Position numbers and translations under genes: made by a program | Part shown: in pieces, positions 1-9,684 of the stretch | How the letters are laid out: every line of letters begins with the position of its first letter | Numbering within the stretch: the first letter of the stretch is position 1 | The notes under the pieces: generated by a model | Told to the model about the DNA's origin: nothing | Database searches by the model: none | What the model saw: the letters and a program-made list of their open reading frames with translations, nothing else | Assembly (NCBI GenBank): GCA_050633305.1 | Contig: JBOEGF010000006.1 | Coordinates: 96,001-160,000 of the forward strand | Direction of reading: 5' to 3' | DNA: 64,000 nt | Origin: Nannocystales bacterium | GTDB taxonomy: Bacteria > Myxococcota_A > Polyangia > Nannocystales > Nannocystaceae

Positions 1-1
1 T

Positions 2-799
2 CGCTTCGTCCCGTGCGGCTCGGAGTTGCTCGACCAGGGGAGCGAGCACCCGCCCTTCATCGCTGGGCACGTCCGCGTAGATGGCCAACAGGTTGTGCTC
101 CCGATCCGAGGTTACGAGGTAGCCACGCGAATCGATCCCGTCTTGCTCGAAGGAAGCCTGGCCCTCGAACCGAGACATCAGGTCCTCTCCCGTGGCGACC
201 GCCTCCAGAGTTTGCGCAAGCTGGGCCAGTTGGGCGAGGCCCTCCGCGGCCTTCTCCGCTCCACCGGCCGCCGCTCCATCGTCCTCCCCACCCTCGAGTC
301 CCGCCTCGATCTGCGCGGCCAGCCCAGAGAGCCAACCTTCGAGCCCCTGCTCGACAAACGCACCGCCGTCCTGACCTGGAGGAAGTGCTGCCGCGAGCTG
401 CTCCAGTGCCGCCGGCTGCTGCAGCAGTAGGATCGACGCGATGTCTCGCGGGTTCACACGTCCGAACACCCGTCCGTTCAGCGCTGGGTCTTTCTCCAGC
501 ACCGTGGTGATCGTGTCGACGACCGTGCGTCGGTCCTCGGCACTCCCGCCCGAGATCACGAACAGCGGATAGTCCGGACGCCCGAAGCGATCGTAGAACG
601 CGTTCATCCTGCGTTGCTGCGGATCCTCGTCCGACACCATGTTGGTTCGCGACGTGGTGACCGCCAGACCCGGGAGCGTCGCAGCGAATCCGACCAGTGC
701 GATCAACAAGACGCCAAGCACTCGCCACGGACGCTCGACTCCCCAGCGTGCGAGAGCATGAAACGCGCGGTCACGCCATGATCCATCGGTCCCGGACAT
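2..799 (-). CDS. MMPL/RND-family transporter, N-terminal part (runs off the left edge)
   Basis: Not in the ORF track (stop lies outside the window). Manual translation from ATG 799: MSGTDGSWRDRAFHALARWGVERPWRVLGVLLIALVGFAATLPGLAVTTSRTNMVSDEDPQQRRMNAFYDRFGRPDYPLFVISG. This is an amphipathic helix + TM1 + periplasmic start typical of MMPL/HpnN-like proteins; TATAGT lies 9 nt upstream. Confidence 0.75.
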   Translation of the reverse strand, partial: MSGTDGSWRDRAFHALARWGVERPWRVLGVLLIALVGFAATLPGLAVTTSRTNMVSDEDPQQRRMNAFYDRFGRPDYPLFVISGGSAEDRRTVVDTITTVLEKDPALNGRVFGRVNPRDIASILLLQQPAALEQLAAALPPGQDGGAFVEQGLEGWLSGLAAQIEAGLEGGEDDGAAAGGAEKAAEGLAQLAQLAQTLEAVATGEDLMSRFEGQASFEQDGIDSRGYLVTSDREHNLLAIYADVPSDEGRVLAPLVEQLRAARDEA

Positions 800-926
800 A
801 GGTCGGGCACTATACGCGCGCGTTGTCAGCCCGTCAGTTGCGGCGCGTCACGGTGCTCCGTGTGTCGAACCGCGTCTTGCCGCCACCGCAACGAGAGGCG
901 CGCACGAGAGGCGCCCAACAGGGGGC

Positions 927-1649
927 TCAACCGGTCTCGGTCGAACCGGGGGTTTGGCCCCCGGACTGCCCGGGGCGTACGCGCTTGAGTCGCGTCGCGG
1001 GCAACTCGACGAACAAGCTTTCGTCGTCGATCAGCGCGTCCAACTCAGCATCCTCGTCTCGGGGAGTGAGTCGGCGGCCGCTGGGGGCGACCTTGGAGAC
1101 CTTGGCCGCGGGGAGTTTCGCATCCCGCTTCTTCCCGGAGGTTTTGGTCCGAGCGAGCGGCTTGTTGGCGGACGACGGTTTCGCCTTCACGCCCGTCTTG
1201 GAGGTTTTCTTCGCCGCCTTCTTCGCGCCGCCTCGGGCCGCGGTCTTGGTCGCCGTTCGTGCCGTCGTCCTAGAGCTCGTCTTGGACGTCTTCGCTGCCG
1301 AGCGCCGGGTCGTCTTCGTAGTCTTGGTCGTCTTGGCGACCGTGCCGTTCATCTGGTCGCGAAGCTCTTTGCTCGCCTTGAAGTCGACCGTGCAAGACGC
1401 GTCGATCAACATCGGTTCGAGCGTGCGCGGGTTGACGCCACGACGCGCGGGTCGCTTCTTCTTTGTGAACGTTCCGAATCGCGGAAACGTGAAGCGGGGG
1501 GAAGAGGTTCGCGTGACCTTCGCCTTCGCGAAGTACGTCGCGAGCTCCTCGAACGCAATGCCGAGGATGGCCGCAATGTCCTTCTTGGTGATGTCGGGCG
1601 GCAGGTTGCGTGAACGCGCGATTCTCTCGATGAGTTCAGCCTTCGTCAT
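927..1649 (-). CDS. HU/IHF-family DNA-binding protein with long Lys/Ala/Thr-rich C-terminal tail
   Basis: MTKAELIERIA...FTFPRFGTFTKKKRPARRGVNPRTLEPMLIDASCTVDFKASKELRD is an HU fold, followed by ~140 aa of low-complexity basic tail. Confidence 0.9.
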   Translation of the reverse strand: MTKAELIERIARSRNLPPDITKKDIAAILGIAFEELATYFAKAKVTRTSSPRFTFPRFGTFTKKKRPARRGVNPRTLEPMLIDASCTVDFKASKELRDQMNGTVAKTTKTTKTTRRSAAKTSKTSSRTTARTATKTAARGGAKKAAKKTSKTGVKAKPSSANKPLARTKTSGKKRDAKLPAAKVSKVAPSGRRLTPRDEDAELDALIDDESLFVELPATRLKRVRPGQSGGQTPGSTETG

Positions 1650-1685
1650 GCGCCTGTTGCCCCCCGCATCCCTCGGGGGGTGGCC

Positions 1686-1714
1686 AACTTAGAAGGGCGG
1701 CCCATCGACGTCAA
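1686..1714 (-). promoter_or_regulatory. sigma70-type promoter for the HU gene
   Basis: Minus strand TTGACG-N17-TAAGTT, 36 nt upstream of ATG 1649. Confidence 0.6.
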
Positions 1715-1792
1715 CAGTTTTCAGGATCTCTTCTGAGATCGTCCCGCAACATCACCAACGACGCGGGGATTCGTCGAAGACTTGACACGCCG

Positions 1793-2749
1793 TCACGGCA
1801 TGTCGCGGACGCTCTGCCGCGCGATGTCCAACGCGCGGCGCAGGTCCGTCATCACCAATCCCGTTGCGGTCTTCTCCGCGTCCCCGCTTTGCCGCAGGAC
1901 ATACGCCGGATGGTAGGTCACCACCAGAGGCATGACGAGACTACGGGGCGCTTCCTTGGGCGAAGTCGCGTCGTATTCAAGACGAGCCCCACGCATGGCC
2001 CTCAAGGACATGTCCTCTCGCCGAGACAACAGCATGCCGGCATGTCGACCGAGCCCGACAACAACGGCGGGCCGAATCGCACGAATCTGTGCGCGAAGGA
2101 ACGGCGAGCACCGCTCGACTTCGACGGGTTGAGGATCGCGATTGCCGGGGGGGCGACACTTGAGGACGTTGGCGATGTACACGTCCGCTCGAGACATCCC
2201 GAGATCGATGAGCCATCGGTCGAGCAACTGCCCTGCCCGACCGACGAAGGGTTCTCCGACCCGGTCCTCATCACCACCGGGGGCTTCCCCGACGAACATG
2301 ATCTTGGTCTCCGCGTTGCCGACACCAAACACGATGTTCTTCCGCGTTTGGCACAGCCCACAGCGTTGGCAGTTCCCGACGTTCTTCTTCCGGAGGTACT
2401 CGAGCTTGGTTGCAGCACTCCAGCTCTCAGCCTGACTCCGTAGAGCCTCCTTGGCGTCGATCGACTTTCCGCGGTTGCGCGTCGGGGGGCGCGGAGGCGC
2501 AGCTGCGGGGCGCGTTGCCTGCTGAGCCTGAGGTACATGCTGAGCCTGAGGAGCCCGCTGTCGCTGTGTCGGCTGCGTCTGAGGTGCCCGCTGTGTCTGC
2601 GGCGCATCAGGACCCGGTTGAGCCTGGTTCGAAACAACAGCCGTGGGAGGCGCTGTGCCGACCCGCACGTACTGGGTGCCGTGGCTGCCCTGCAGACGAC
2701 GAAGACGAAGGGCAACCTGGCGCGCCAACAGTTCGAGTTCTTCGCTCAT
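1793..2749 (-). CDS. Uracil-DNA glycosylase, family 4 (4Fe-4S), with Gln/Pro-rich N-terminal extension
   Basis: CQRCGLC, FVGEAPG, GEPFVGRAG, NVLKCRPPGNRDP, TYHPAY motifs. Confidence 0.93.
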   Translation of the reverse strand: MSEELELLARQVALRLRRLQGSHGTQYVRVGTAPPTAVVSNQAQPGPDAPQTQRAPQTQPTQRQRAPQAQHVPQAQQATRPAAAPPRPPTRNRGKSIDAKEALRSQAESWSAATKLEYLRKKNVGNCQRCGLCQTRKNIVFGVGNAETKIMFVGEAPGGDEDRVGEPFVGRAGQLLDRWLIDLGMSRADVYIANVLKCRPPGNRDPQPVEVERCSPFLRAQIRAIRPAVVVGLGRHAGMLLSRREDMSLRAMRGARLEYDATSPKEAPRSLVMPLVVTYHPAYVLRQSGDAEKTATGLVMTDLRRALDIARQSVRDMP

Positions 2750-4002
2750 GCCCCGGCCACCTCAAAGACAAGCTGGTCGAGCAACCATCCCGCGAGCTCC
2801 GGCTTGGGCCGCGGAGGGCCCGCGTCGCGCACGTCGTCGCCACCGCCAAGCAAGAGCACCCCAGTGTTGGTCTCGCTTCCGAATCCAACCCCGGGCACCC
2901 CGACGCGATTGACGAAGATCGAGTCCGCGCCCTTCTTGCGAAGCTTGGTCCGCCCGACGTCGACGAGTGCCGCACGAATCGCAGCCTCGTCCTCGGGTGA
3001 GTCGACGGTCTGCGCACCGAAGCCCAAGAAATGCGTCCGCTCGGCGTGACGGGCGGTCAGGGTGGCGAGCACATCGACGCCCTCGACCAAGAGGCCAGCT
3101 GCGAGAGCCTTCGTCATGTCCTCCTTGGGGAGTTTCTGCGACGCGGGCTGCGACGAAACCAGATCGGAGACCGCTGCGACCATCGCCACCAGATCGACGG
3201 TGCCGTCGGACAACTCCGCCTCCATTGCAGAGAGCATCTCGTCGGCGGTCTGTACGGCGACGCGGCGAACACCCACGGGCGTCGGTCGCTGCACCGGGCC
3301 ACTGACCAGGACCACGTCGGCCCCACGCGCCGCCGCGACTTCGGCCATCGCAAACCCCATCGCGCCGGTCGACGCATTGGAGAAGAATCGAACTGGGTCG
3401 ACGTACGCCCGCGTGGGTCCGGCCGACACCACAACGCGCTTGCCGGACCAATCCAACCCGCCGCGCAGCATCGCGTCGGCTCGGTCCGCGATGATGTTGG
3501 GATCGATCATGCGGCCCTCCCCCACCCAACCGCACGCGAGTTCCCCGGCGTCGGGACCGACGAACGAACAACCGCGCTCTGCGAGGGTAGCGATGTTGGC
3601 GACCGTGGCGCGGTGCTTCCACATGTTGGTGTTCATGGCGGGCGCCCACAACACGGGAGCCCGAGTCGCCAACAAGACCGTGGATGCAAGGTCACCGGCG
3701 AGGCCGTGCGCGGCCTTGGCCATCAGATCGGCGGTGGCCGGAGCCACCACGACGAGGTCGGGCCAGTCCGCGAGTTCGATATGGCCGACCGTGCCTTCCT
3801 GAGCGGGGTCGAGCAACGACGAGCGGACCGGGCGGCCGCTGACCGTCGACAAAGAGAGTTCGGTGGTAAAGGAGAGCGCCGCCGGGGTCGCGATGACCTG
3901 GACCTCGTGGCCGCGCTTGACGAGCGCCCGGACGAGCGCGGGAGCCTTGTAGGCCGCGATGCCGCCGCTGACGATCAGCAGCACCGATGGCCGCTGCGTC
4001 AC
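2746..4002 (-). CDS. coaBC: Bifunctional phosphopantothenoylcysteine decarboxylase/synthetase
   Basis: SGGIAAYK, HIELA, APATAD, PAMNTNMW, GELACGWVGEGRM, SAGPT..DPVRF.SN.STG.MG motifs. Confidence 0.95.
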   Translation of the reverse strand: MTQRPSVLLIVSGGIAAYKAPALVRALVKRGHEVQVIATPAALSFTTELSLSTVSGRPVRSSLLDPAQEGTVGHIELADWPDLVVVAPATADLMAKAAHGLAGDLASTVLLATRAPVLWAPAMNTNMWKHRATVANIATLAERGCSFVGPDAGELACGWVGEGRMIDPNIIADRADAMLRGGLDWSGKRVVVSAGPTRAYVDPVRFFSNASTGAMGFAMAEVAAARGADVVLVSGPVQRPTPVGVRRVAVQTADEMLSAMEAELSDGTVDLVAMVAAVSDLVSSQPASQKLPKEDMTKALAAGLLVEGVDVLATLTARHAERTHFLGFGAQTVDSPEDEAAIRAALVDVGRTKLRKKGADSIFVNRVGVPGVGFGSETNTGVLLLGGGDDVRDAGPPRPKPELAGWLLDQLVFEVAGA

Positions 4003-5168
4003 GCCTGAACCTCCAGCGGAACCGTTCCGGCGACTTCGATGCCGTAGCCGCGCAGACCAATGATGCGCCGCGGGTTGTTCGTCAGCACCCGAATCCGTCG
4101 CAGCCCTAGGGTGCGAAGGACCTGAGCCCCGAGTCCGAATTGGCGGAACCCTTGTTCGGCGGGCCGCAGACCCAGCCCGCCTTCTCCCGCCTCGTCCCCG
4201 GTCGCACCGACCAGCGAGCGAACATCTTGAGCCTCTTGGCCGATGATGTAGAGGAACACGCCGCGCCCCGCCCGATCGATCTGCGACAACGCACTACGCA
4301 CTCGGCTGCCCGCTCCGTCGCCGAAGCCGAAGACGTCACGCAACATGTTCGCGCGTTGGGCACGAAGGAGCACCGGCTCCTCCTGACCGCCGTCCGAAAG
4401 GTCTCCCTTGGACATCGTCATGTAGTGGGTGTCGGGGGAGACCGATGAGCGCCAGGTGCGGACCGACCAACCTGCATCGGGGTTGACCCCCAGAACGGCG
4501 GAAGCCAACGGTGGGTGCTCGACTTCCTCGACCAGGTCCTCCTTGCCCAGCCGGTACTCGATCAAGTCGGCGATGCTCAGCACCGGCAGGTCGTGCTCCT
4601 TCGCGAAGACCTCGAGGTCGTCCATGCGCGCCATCTCGCCGTCGTCTCGCATGATCTCGCAGATCACCCCCGCGGGCTTGCACCCCGCAAGGCGGGACAG
4701 GTCCACGGCGCCCTCGGTGTGACCCGAACGCACGAGCACGCCGCCGGGCTGAGAGCGAAGAGGAAAGATGTGACCGGGGCTCACCAAGTCGTCCGCGGTG
4801 AACACGGGGTCCGCCGCGACCCGAACCGTCTCGGCTCGATCTGCCGCGGAGATTCCCGTGGTCACGCCTCGGCGCGCTTCGACCGAAACGGTGAACGCCG
4901 TGCCCATGTCGCCAGGGTCGGTCGGGACCATCATCGGAAGTCGCAGCGCGTCGACGCGCTCGGGGGTGAGTGCGAGACAGATCAGCCCGCGCCCGTACCT
5001 GCACATGAAATTGATGTCGTCCGGACCGCAGTGTTCGGCCGCGATCACCAAATCGCCCTCGTTTTCGCGCTCTTTGTCGTCGACGAGCACGACCATTTTT
5101 CCGCGGCCGTAGGCCTCGATGGCGCGTTCGAGGGACTCGATATCGATTTGGTGTTCTTCGTTGTTCAT
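3999..5168 (-). CDS. ribB: DHBP synthase fused to a degenerate GTP cyclohydrolase II-like domain (RibBX type)
   Basis: Start reassigned to MNNEEHQ (ATG 5168, overlaps the ribE stop). DDKERENEGD, TAFTVSV, TTGISAADR, PGHIFPL, RSGHTEG motifs; C-terminal half keeps GLGAQVL..LG..RIRVLTNNP but lacks the Zn-binding Cys. Confidence 0.92.
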   Translation of the reverse strand: MNNEEHQIDIESLERAIEAYGRGKMVVLVDDKERENEGDLVIAAEHCGPDDINFMCRYGRGLICLALTPERVDALRLPMMVPTDPGDMGTAFTVSVEARRGVTTGISAADRAETVRVAADPVFTADDLVSPGHIFPLRSQPGGVLVRSGHTEGAVDLSRLAGCKPAGVICEIMRDDGEMARMDDLEVFAKEHDLPVLSIADLIEYRLGKEDLVEEVEHPPLASAVLGVNPDAGWSVRTWRSSVSPDTHYMTMSKGDLSDGGQEEPVLLRAQRANMLRDVFGFGDGAGSRVRSALSQIDRAGRGVFLYIIGQEAQDVRSLVGATGDEAGEGGLGLRPAEQGFRQFGLGAQVLRTLGLRRIRVLTNNPRRIIGLRGYGIEVAGTVPLEVQA

Positions 5169-5833
5169 CGCTCGTCCTCGGTGGCGAAGCCCGCCTGTTG
5201 AAGCAGAGATCGGGTAACGCGGGAGCGCGGCGCAGCGGCCTCGCCCTCGCACTGTAGAAGTCGGGCGACGTAGCGTGCCAGCACGTCGACCTCGAGATTG
5301 ACCGGGTTCCCGACGGACAAGCCGCCGAGCGTGGTGACCGAAAGGGTGTGGGGAATGATGCCGACCATGAATCCCGCCTGATCGACGTCGTTGACCGTCA
5401 GGCTGACCCCTTGGATGGTGACGGAACCCTTTGGCGCGATGTAGCGGTGCAGCGGCCCGGGGGCGTCGATCCAGACCTCCCAAGCCTCGCCACGGAGTTC
5501 GAGCGTCCGCAGTTTGCCGACACCGTCGACGTGGCCGGAAACCAGGTGCCCGCCCAGCGCGTCGCCAAGCCGCAGCGCAGGCTCGAGGTTGACCTTCGCG
5601 CCCACGTCTTTGGCCCCGAGCGTGGTGGCCCGCAGCGTCTCGAACGCCGCGTCGAACGACGCCGTGCCGGCCCCCGCCTCGACGACGGTGAGGCAGACGC
5701 CGTCCACGGCGACCGACGCTCCGAGCACGAGGTCGCGGTCCTCGAACGGACACTCAAGGGTCAGGCGACGACCGTCGCGAACGTCGGTCACTTGGACCAA
5801 CGTGCCGGTTGCTTGCACCAAGCCCGTGAACAC
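5165..5833 (-). CDS. ribE: Riboflavin synthase (alpha chain)
   Basis: MFTGLV N-terminus, GASVAVDGVCLTV, GGHLVSGHVDG, VNLEVD. Confidence 0.96.
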   Translation of the reverse strand: MFTGLVQATGTLVQVTDVRDGRRLTLECPFEDRDLVLGASVAVDGVCLTVVEAGAGTASFDAAFETLRATTLGAKDVGAKVNLEPALRLGDALGGHLVSGHVDGVGKLRTLELRGEAWEVWIDAPGPLHRYIAPKGSVTIQGVSLTVNDVDQAGFMVGIIPHTLSVTTLGGLSVGNPVNLEVDVLARYVARLLQCEGEAAAPRSRVTRSLLQQAGFATEDER

Positions 5834-5854
5834 GCGGCGGTTGTAGCAGGCGAA

Positions 5855-6982
5855 TTACGGAGCGTCACGCTGCGGCCGAAGCACGGTGAGCAGGTCATCT
5901 CCGAGCGCTGCACGACGCTCCACCTCGAGCGCAGGCGTACTCGCCACCTTGGCCCAACTCACTCCAGCCACCGCTGCGGTGCCCTCTCCGAGGACTTTGG
6001 GGGCACTGAACCAGAACCACCGATCCCACGCGCTGGCCTTCGCGAACGCCCCCACGAGGTTGCCGCCGCCCTCGACGAGCAGCGAACGCACGTCGGAGCG
6101 TCCCAGCGCGCGAAGTGCAGCGCGCACGCTCACGCGGCCATCTCGGGTCGCCTGCACGCGCACCGTTTCGACCCCGCAATCCTGCAGGGCATCCGCGTCC
6201 GCGGCGCGGGCGGCAGCCGTATGCAACACAAGCGTGCCGGGCGAACAGATGGCCTTGCGCCGGGCGCTCGCGAGTTTCAGGGTGGAGTCGAACACGATCC
6301 GGCGCGGGTCCACGCCTTTGACCAAGCGAACGCTCAACGACGGGTCATCCGCCAGCACCGTCCCGATGCCCACGGCGATCGCATGGTGCTCTGCCCGCAA
6401 CCCATGACCAAGCTTGCGAGAGCGCTCAGAGGTGATCCACTTGCTGTCCCCCGTGCGCACGCTGACCTGTCCGTCGAGGCTCGCCGCGGTCTTGAGGGTG
6501 ACGAAGGGCCGGCCTGCGGCTGCGTGATGCAGGTAGTGCTCATGAACCGCGAAACATCGCTGGGCCTCGACGCCCACGCTCACCTCGACCCCCGCCTCGC
6601 GGAGGATCGCCTGAGCTCGTCCCGACGCGTGCGCCGCCACGTCCTCGACCCCGTACACGACGCGCGCGATCTGAGCACGCTTGATCGCGTCCGTACACGG
6701 CGGCGTGCGTCCATGATGCGAGCACGGTTCGAGCGTCACATAGAGCGTGGCTCCCCGTGCCGCGTCGCCCGCTTTGGTCAACGCACGAGCCTCCGCATGA
6801 GGGCCACCGGTTGGGGCGGTCCGTCCCGTGGCGACGACGACCCCCTCGCGCACAACCACCGCACCGACGGAAGGGTTGGGATACGTGGACCCGAGCCCGC
6901 GACGCGCCAGCGCGACCGCGCGACGCATCATCGTCCGGTCGAGTTCGGCGTCACCGCGGTTCGCTGCGCTTCTTCTTGCCAT
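5855..6982 (-). CDS. ribD: Bifunctional riboflavin deaminase/reductase
   Basis: PNPSVGAV, HAE, TLEPCSHHGRTPPC, AASLDG, KWIT, LLVEGGG. Confidence 0.96.
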   Translation of the reverse strand: MARRSAANRGDAELDRTMMRRAVALARRGLGSTYPNPSVGAVVVREGVVVATGRTAPTGGPHAEARALTKAGDAARGATLYVTLEPCSHHGRTPPCTDAIKRAQIARVVYGVEDVAAHASGRAQAILREAGVEVSVGVEAQRCFAVHEHYLHHAAAGRPFVTLKTAASLDGQVSVRTGDSKWITSERSRKLGHGLRAEHHAIAVGIGTVLADDPSLSVRLVKGVDPRRIVFDSTLKLASARRKAICSPGTLVLHTAAARAADADALQDCGVETVRVQATRDGRVSVRAALRALGRSDVRSLLVEGGGNLVGAFAKASAWDRWFWFSAPKVLGEGTAAVAGVSWAKVASTPALEVERRAALGDDLLTVLRPQRDAP

Positions 6983-7481
6983 TGCCCGCCGATTCGAACA
7001 GCGTCCGCTGCCCCTCGATGTTGACCCGCTGACGCTTCTCCATCTCGTGCAGCAATCGCTCGAACTCCGCGATCGTCTCGAAGCTGCGATACACCGACAC
7101 GAAACGGACGTACGCGACCTCGTCGAGTTCGTGCAGGATCTCCATCACCCGCTCCCCAACCTCCGACGCGAGAATCTCCCGGTCGCCGCGTGTCGTGCAC
7201 CACTGCTCGACCTGCTGCACGATGTTCTCGAGTTGGTCGTTCTTGATCCCGCGTTTTCGGCACGCCGCCTCGAGACCGCGGAGAAGCTTGCGTCGGTCGA
7301 ACGGTTGCTTGGCCCCGTCCCGTTTCACGACGGCGGGCAACTGCTCGTCGACGCGCTCATGCGTCGTGAAACGATGGCCGCACGCATTACATGTCCGACG
7401 GCGGCGAATGGACCGACCGTCCCGTCCCTCTCGGGAATCGAGCACCTTGGTGCTCGGGCTACCGCAAACCGGACACTGCAC
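6951..7481 (-). CDS. nrdR: Transcriptional repressor NrdR
   Basis: GTG 7481 after GGAG; CPVC...DSR...IRRRRTCNACGHRFTTHE, ATP-cone VVKRDG, DEVAYVRFVSVYR. The ORF track call (to 8120) is over-extended. Confidence 0.95.
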   Translation of the reverse strand: MQCPVCGSPSTKVLDSREGRDGRSIRRRRTCNACGHRFTTHERVDEQLPAVVKRDGAKQPFDRRKLLRGLEAACRKRGIKNDQLENIVQQVEQWCTTRGDREILASEVGERVMEILHELDEVAYVRFVSVYRSFETIAEFERLLHEMEKRQRVNIEGQRTLFESAGNGKKKRSEPR

Positions 7482-7581
7482 GAACTCCGCAGGATGATAC
7501 CGCGAAAGATGAAGCGTCACCGCCTGCGGCAGCAGGACTCGGTCGCGAACGGTCGACCTGCAGACACCGGAGCCGGACGAC

Positions 7582-8034
7582 TCAGGCGTCCAGGGCCGTG
7601 ATCTTGTCGACGCGGCGTTGATGCCGGCCGCCCTCGAAAGTACCGCGGACGAACGCCTCGAAGATGGCGGTCGCCAGGCCCAGCCCGACGACCCGTGCAC
7701 CGACACACAGCACGTTTGCATCGTTGTGCGCCCGGCCCATGTCGGCGCTGAACGTGTCTGAACAGACGACCGCTCGGATCCCCGAGATCCGATTGGCGGT
7801 GATCGCCATGCCCTGCCCGGTGCCGCAGACCAACACGCCAAACGCGCCAGCATCACCGCGAACTCGCTCGGACAACTCGACGGCGACGTCGGGGTAGTCG
7901 GCCTTGTCGGTCGAGGCTTGGGGACCCAGCGTCGCCACAACCTCGTGGCCCCCCTCGCGGGCATGCGCCGCCAAGTGCTCACGAAGCTCGATCGCCGCGT
8001 GGTCGCTGCCGAAGTACAGACGGAGCCCACCCAT
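7582..8034 (-). CDS. rpiB: Ribose-5-phosphate isomerase B
   Basis: GSDHA, DYPD, VCGTGQG, AHNDANVL, FEGGRHQRRV. Confidence 0.95.
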   Translation of the reverse strand: MGGLRLYFGSDHAAIELREHLAAHAREGGHEVVATLGPQASTDKADYPDVAVELSERVRGDAGAFGVLVCGTGQGMAITANRISGIRAVVCSDTFSADMGRAHNDANVLCVGARVVGLGLATAIFEAFVRGTFEGGRHQRRVDKITALDA

Positions 8035-8037
8035 GAC

Positions 8038-9279
8038 TCAGACCTTCCGCAGCACGATGGAGGCGTTGGTGCCCCCGAATCCGAAGCTGTTGCTGATCGC
8101 GTACTCGACGTCGGCTTCACGGGCCGTGTGGGGCACGTAGTCGAGGTCGCACTGTGGGTCGGGATCGTCGAGGTTGATGGTCGGCGGGATCACGCCGTCC
8201 CGCAGGACCAGCGCGGCGATCGCCGCCTCGAGGCTGCCGGTCGCCCCCAGCAGGTGACCGTGCATCGACTTGGTAGAGCTCACCGCGAGCCCATTGTCGG
8301 CATGAGCACCGAACACCGTGCGGATGGCAGCCGTCTCGAGGATGTCTGCATCCGTCGATGTAGCGTGTGCATTGATGTAGCCGACCTGCTCGGGGGAGAT
8401 CCCCGCATCTTGGAGGGCCAACTTCATGCACCGAGCACCGCCCTCTCCCTTGGGCGCCGGAGCCGTGATGTGGTGCGCGTCCGAGTTGGCCGCGTACCCG
8501 ACCAGCTCGGCCAGGATATTCGCGCCTCGGGCCTTCGCGTGCTCGTAGGACTCGAGCACCATGATCGCAGCGCCTTCGCTGAGCACGAAGCCGTCACGCG
8601 ATGCGGTGAACGGTCGGGAGGCCTTCGTGGGCTCGTCGTTGCGAGTCGACAGCGCGCGCGAGGCACAGAATCCCCCTACGCCCAGCTGCGTGACGGTGGA
8701 CTCGGTACCGCCGGCCAACATGATGTCCATGTCGCCGCGCTCGATCAGACGCGCGGCCTCACCCACCGAGTGGGCGCCGGTCGAACAGGCCGAGACCATC
8801 GACATGTTCGGACCCTTGAGGTCGTATCGGATCGACAGCTGGCCTGGCGCCAGGTTGATGATCACACCGGGGGTGAAGTACGGGCTGATGCCCAGGCGCG
8901 GACCCTTGGCGCCGATCTTCTCGAGCGTCGCCTCGATGGTGGTCAACCCACCCATGCCGGAGCCGACGTAGCAACCGGCGCGCTCGGGGTCCGGGGTCTT
9001 CTCGCGCAGACCCGCCATCTCCATGGCCATGTCCCCAGCCGCGATCGCGAACTGGATGAACAGGTCGCTGCGGCGGACTTCCTTTTTGGGCATCCACGGC
9101 GTGGGATCCCAGTCTCGGACCTCACCGGCGATGGTCGTTGTGTATTCGGACGCGTCGAAACGCGTGATGGGACCGATCCCAGACTCACCGGCTCGCAAGC
9201 GTCGCCAGTTGTCCTCGAGACCGATTCCCAGCGGCGTCACAAGGCCGACTCCGGTGATGGCGATTCTGCGTCTTGTCAC
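8038..9279 (-). CDS. fabF: Beta-ketoacyl-ACP synthase II
   Basis: GTG 9279 ([12 protein letters not shown]); [32 protein letters not shown]. Confidence 0.96.
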   Translation of the reverse strand: MTRRRIAITGVGLVTPLGIGLEDNWRRLRAGESGIGPITRFDASEYTTTIAGEVRDWDPTPWMPKKEVRRSDLFIQFAIAAGDMAMEMAGLREKTPDPERAGCYVGSGMGGLTTIEATLEKIGAKGPRLGISPYFTPGVIINLAPGQLSIRYDLKGPNMSMVSACSTGAHSVGEAARLIERGDMDIMLAGGTESTVTQLGVGGFCASRALSTRNDEPTKASRPFTASRDGFVLSEGAAIMVLESYEHAKARGANILAELVGYAANSDAHHITAPAPKGEGGARCMKLALQDAGISPEQVGYINAHATSTDADILETAAIRTVFGAHADNGLAVSSTKSMHGHLLGATGSLEAAIAALVLRDGVIPPTINLDDPDPQCDLDYVPHTAREADVEYAISNSFGFGGTNASIVLRKV

Positions 9280-9382
9280 GTCGAGCTCGATTCGGGGTGC
9301 GCACGGGTCCCGCCGCGTTCTACGGGCGGGAGGAAGCGAGGAGGCGGCCGCGCGCGCCCGTCCCCTCATCCTGTTCGCGACG

Positions 9383-9622
9383 CTACTCCTGCGTGTGGCT
9401 CTTCACGAAGCTGATCGCGTCGCCGACGGTCTTGATCTTGTCGACTTCGTCGTCGGGGATCTTCACTTCGAAGCGCTCTTCGAGCGCCAGCACGAGCTCG
9501 ACGATCGCCAGGGAGTCAGCGCCCAGGTCGTCTTGGAACGTCTTGCTGTCGCTGACGTCTTCGGGTTTGACGTCGAGCTGTTCGACGATGATCTCTTTGA
9601 CTTGGCTCTCGATGTCGGACAT
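9383..9622 (-). CDS. acpP: Acyl carrier protein
   Basis: 79 aa acidic protein from ATG 9622 with DLGADSL phosphopantetheine site, between fabG and fabF. Confidence 0.95.
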   Translation of the reverse strand: MSDIESQVKEIIVEQLDVKPEDVSDSKTFQDDLGADSLAIVELVLALEERFEVKIPDDEVDKIKTVGDAISFVKSHTQE

Positions 9623-9684
9623 TGGCTTGTCTCGTAGTGTCTTGGAAGGGGGGTTGTCGCGGGCCTCGATGAGGCCCGGAAGAC

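Noticed and set aside
13..728. ORF-track calls at 13-510, 26-430 and 57-728
   Set aside because: Shadow frames of the minus-strand MMPL gene, whose stop lies outside the window.
9480..9530. ACP motif DSLAIVE instead of DSLDTVE
   Set aside because: The Ser attachment site is intact; within normal ACP variation.
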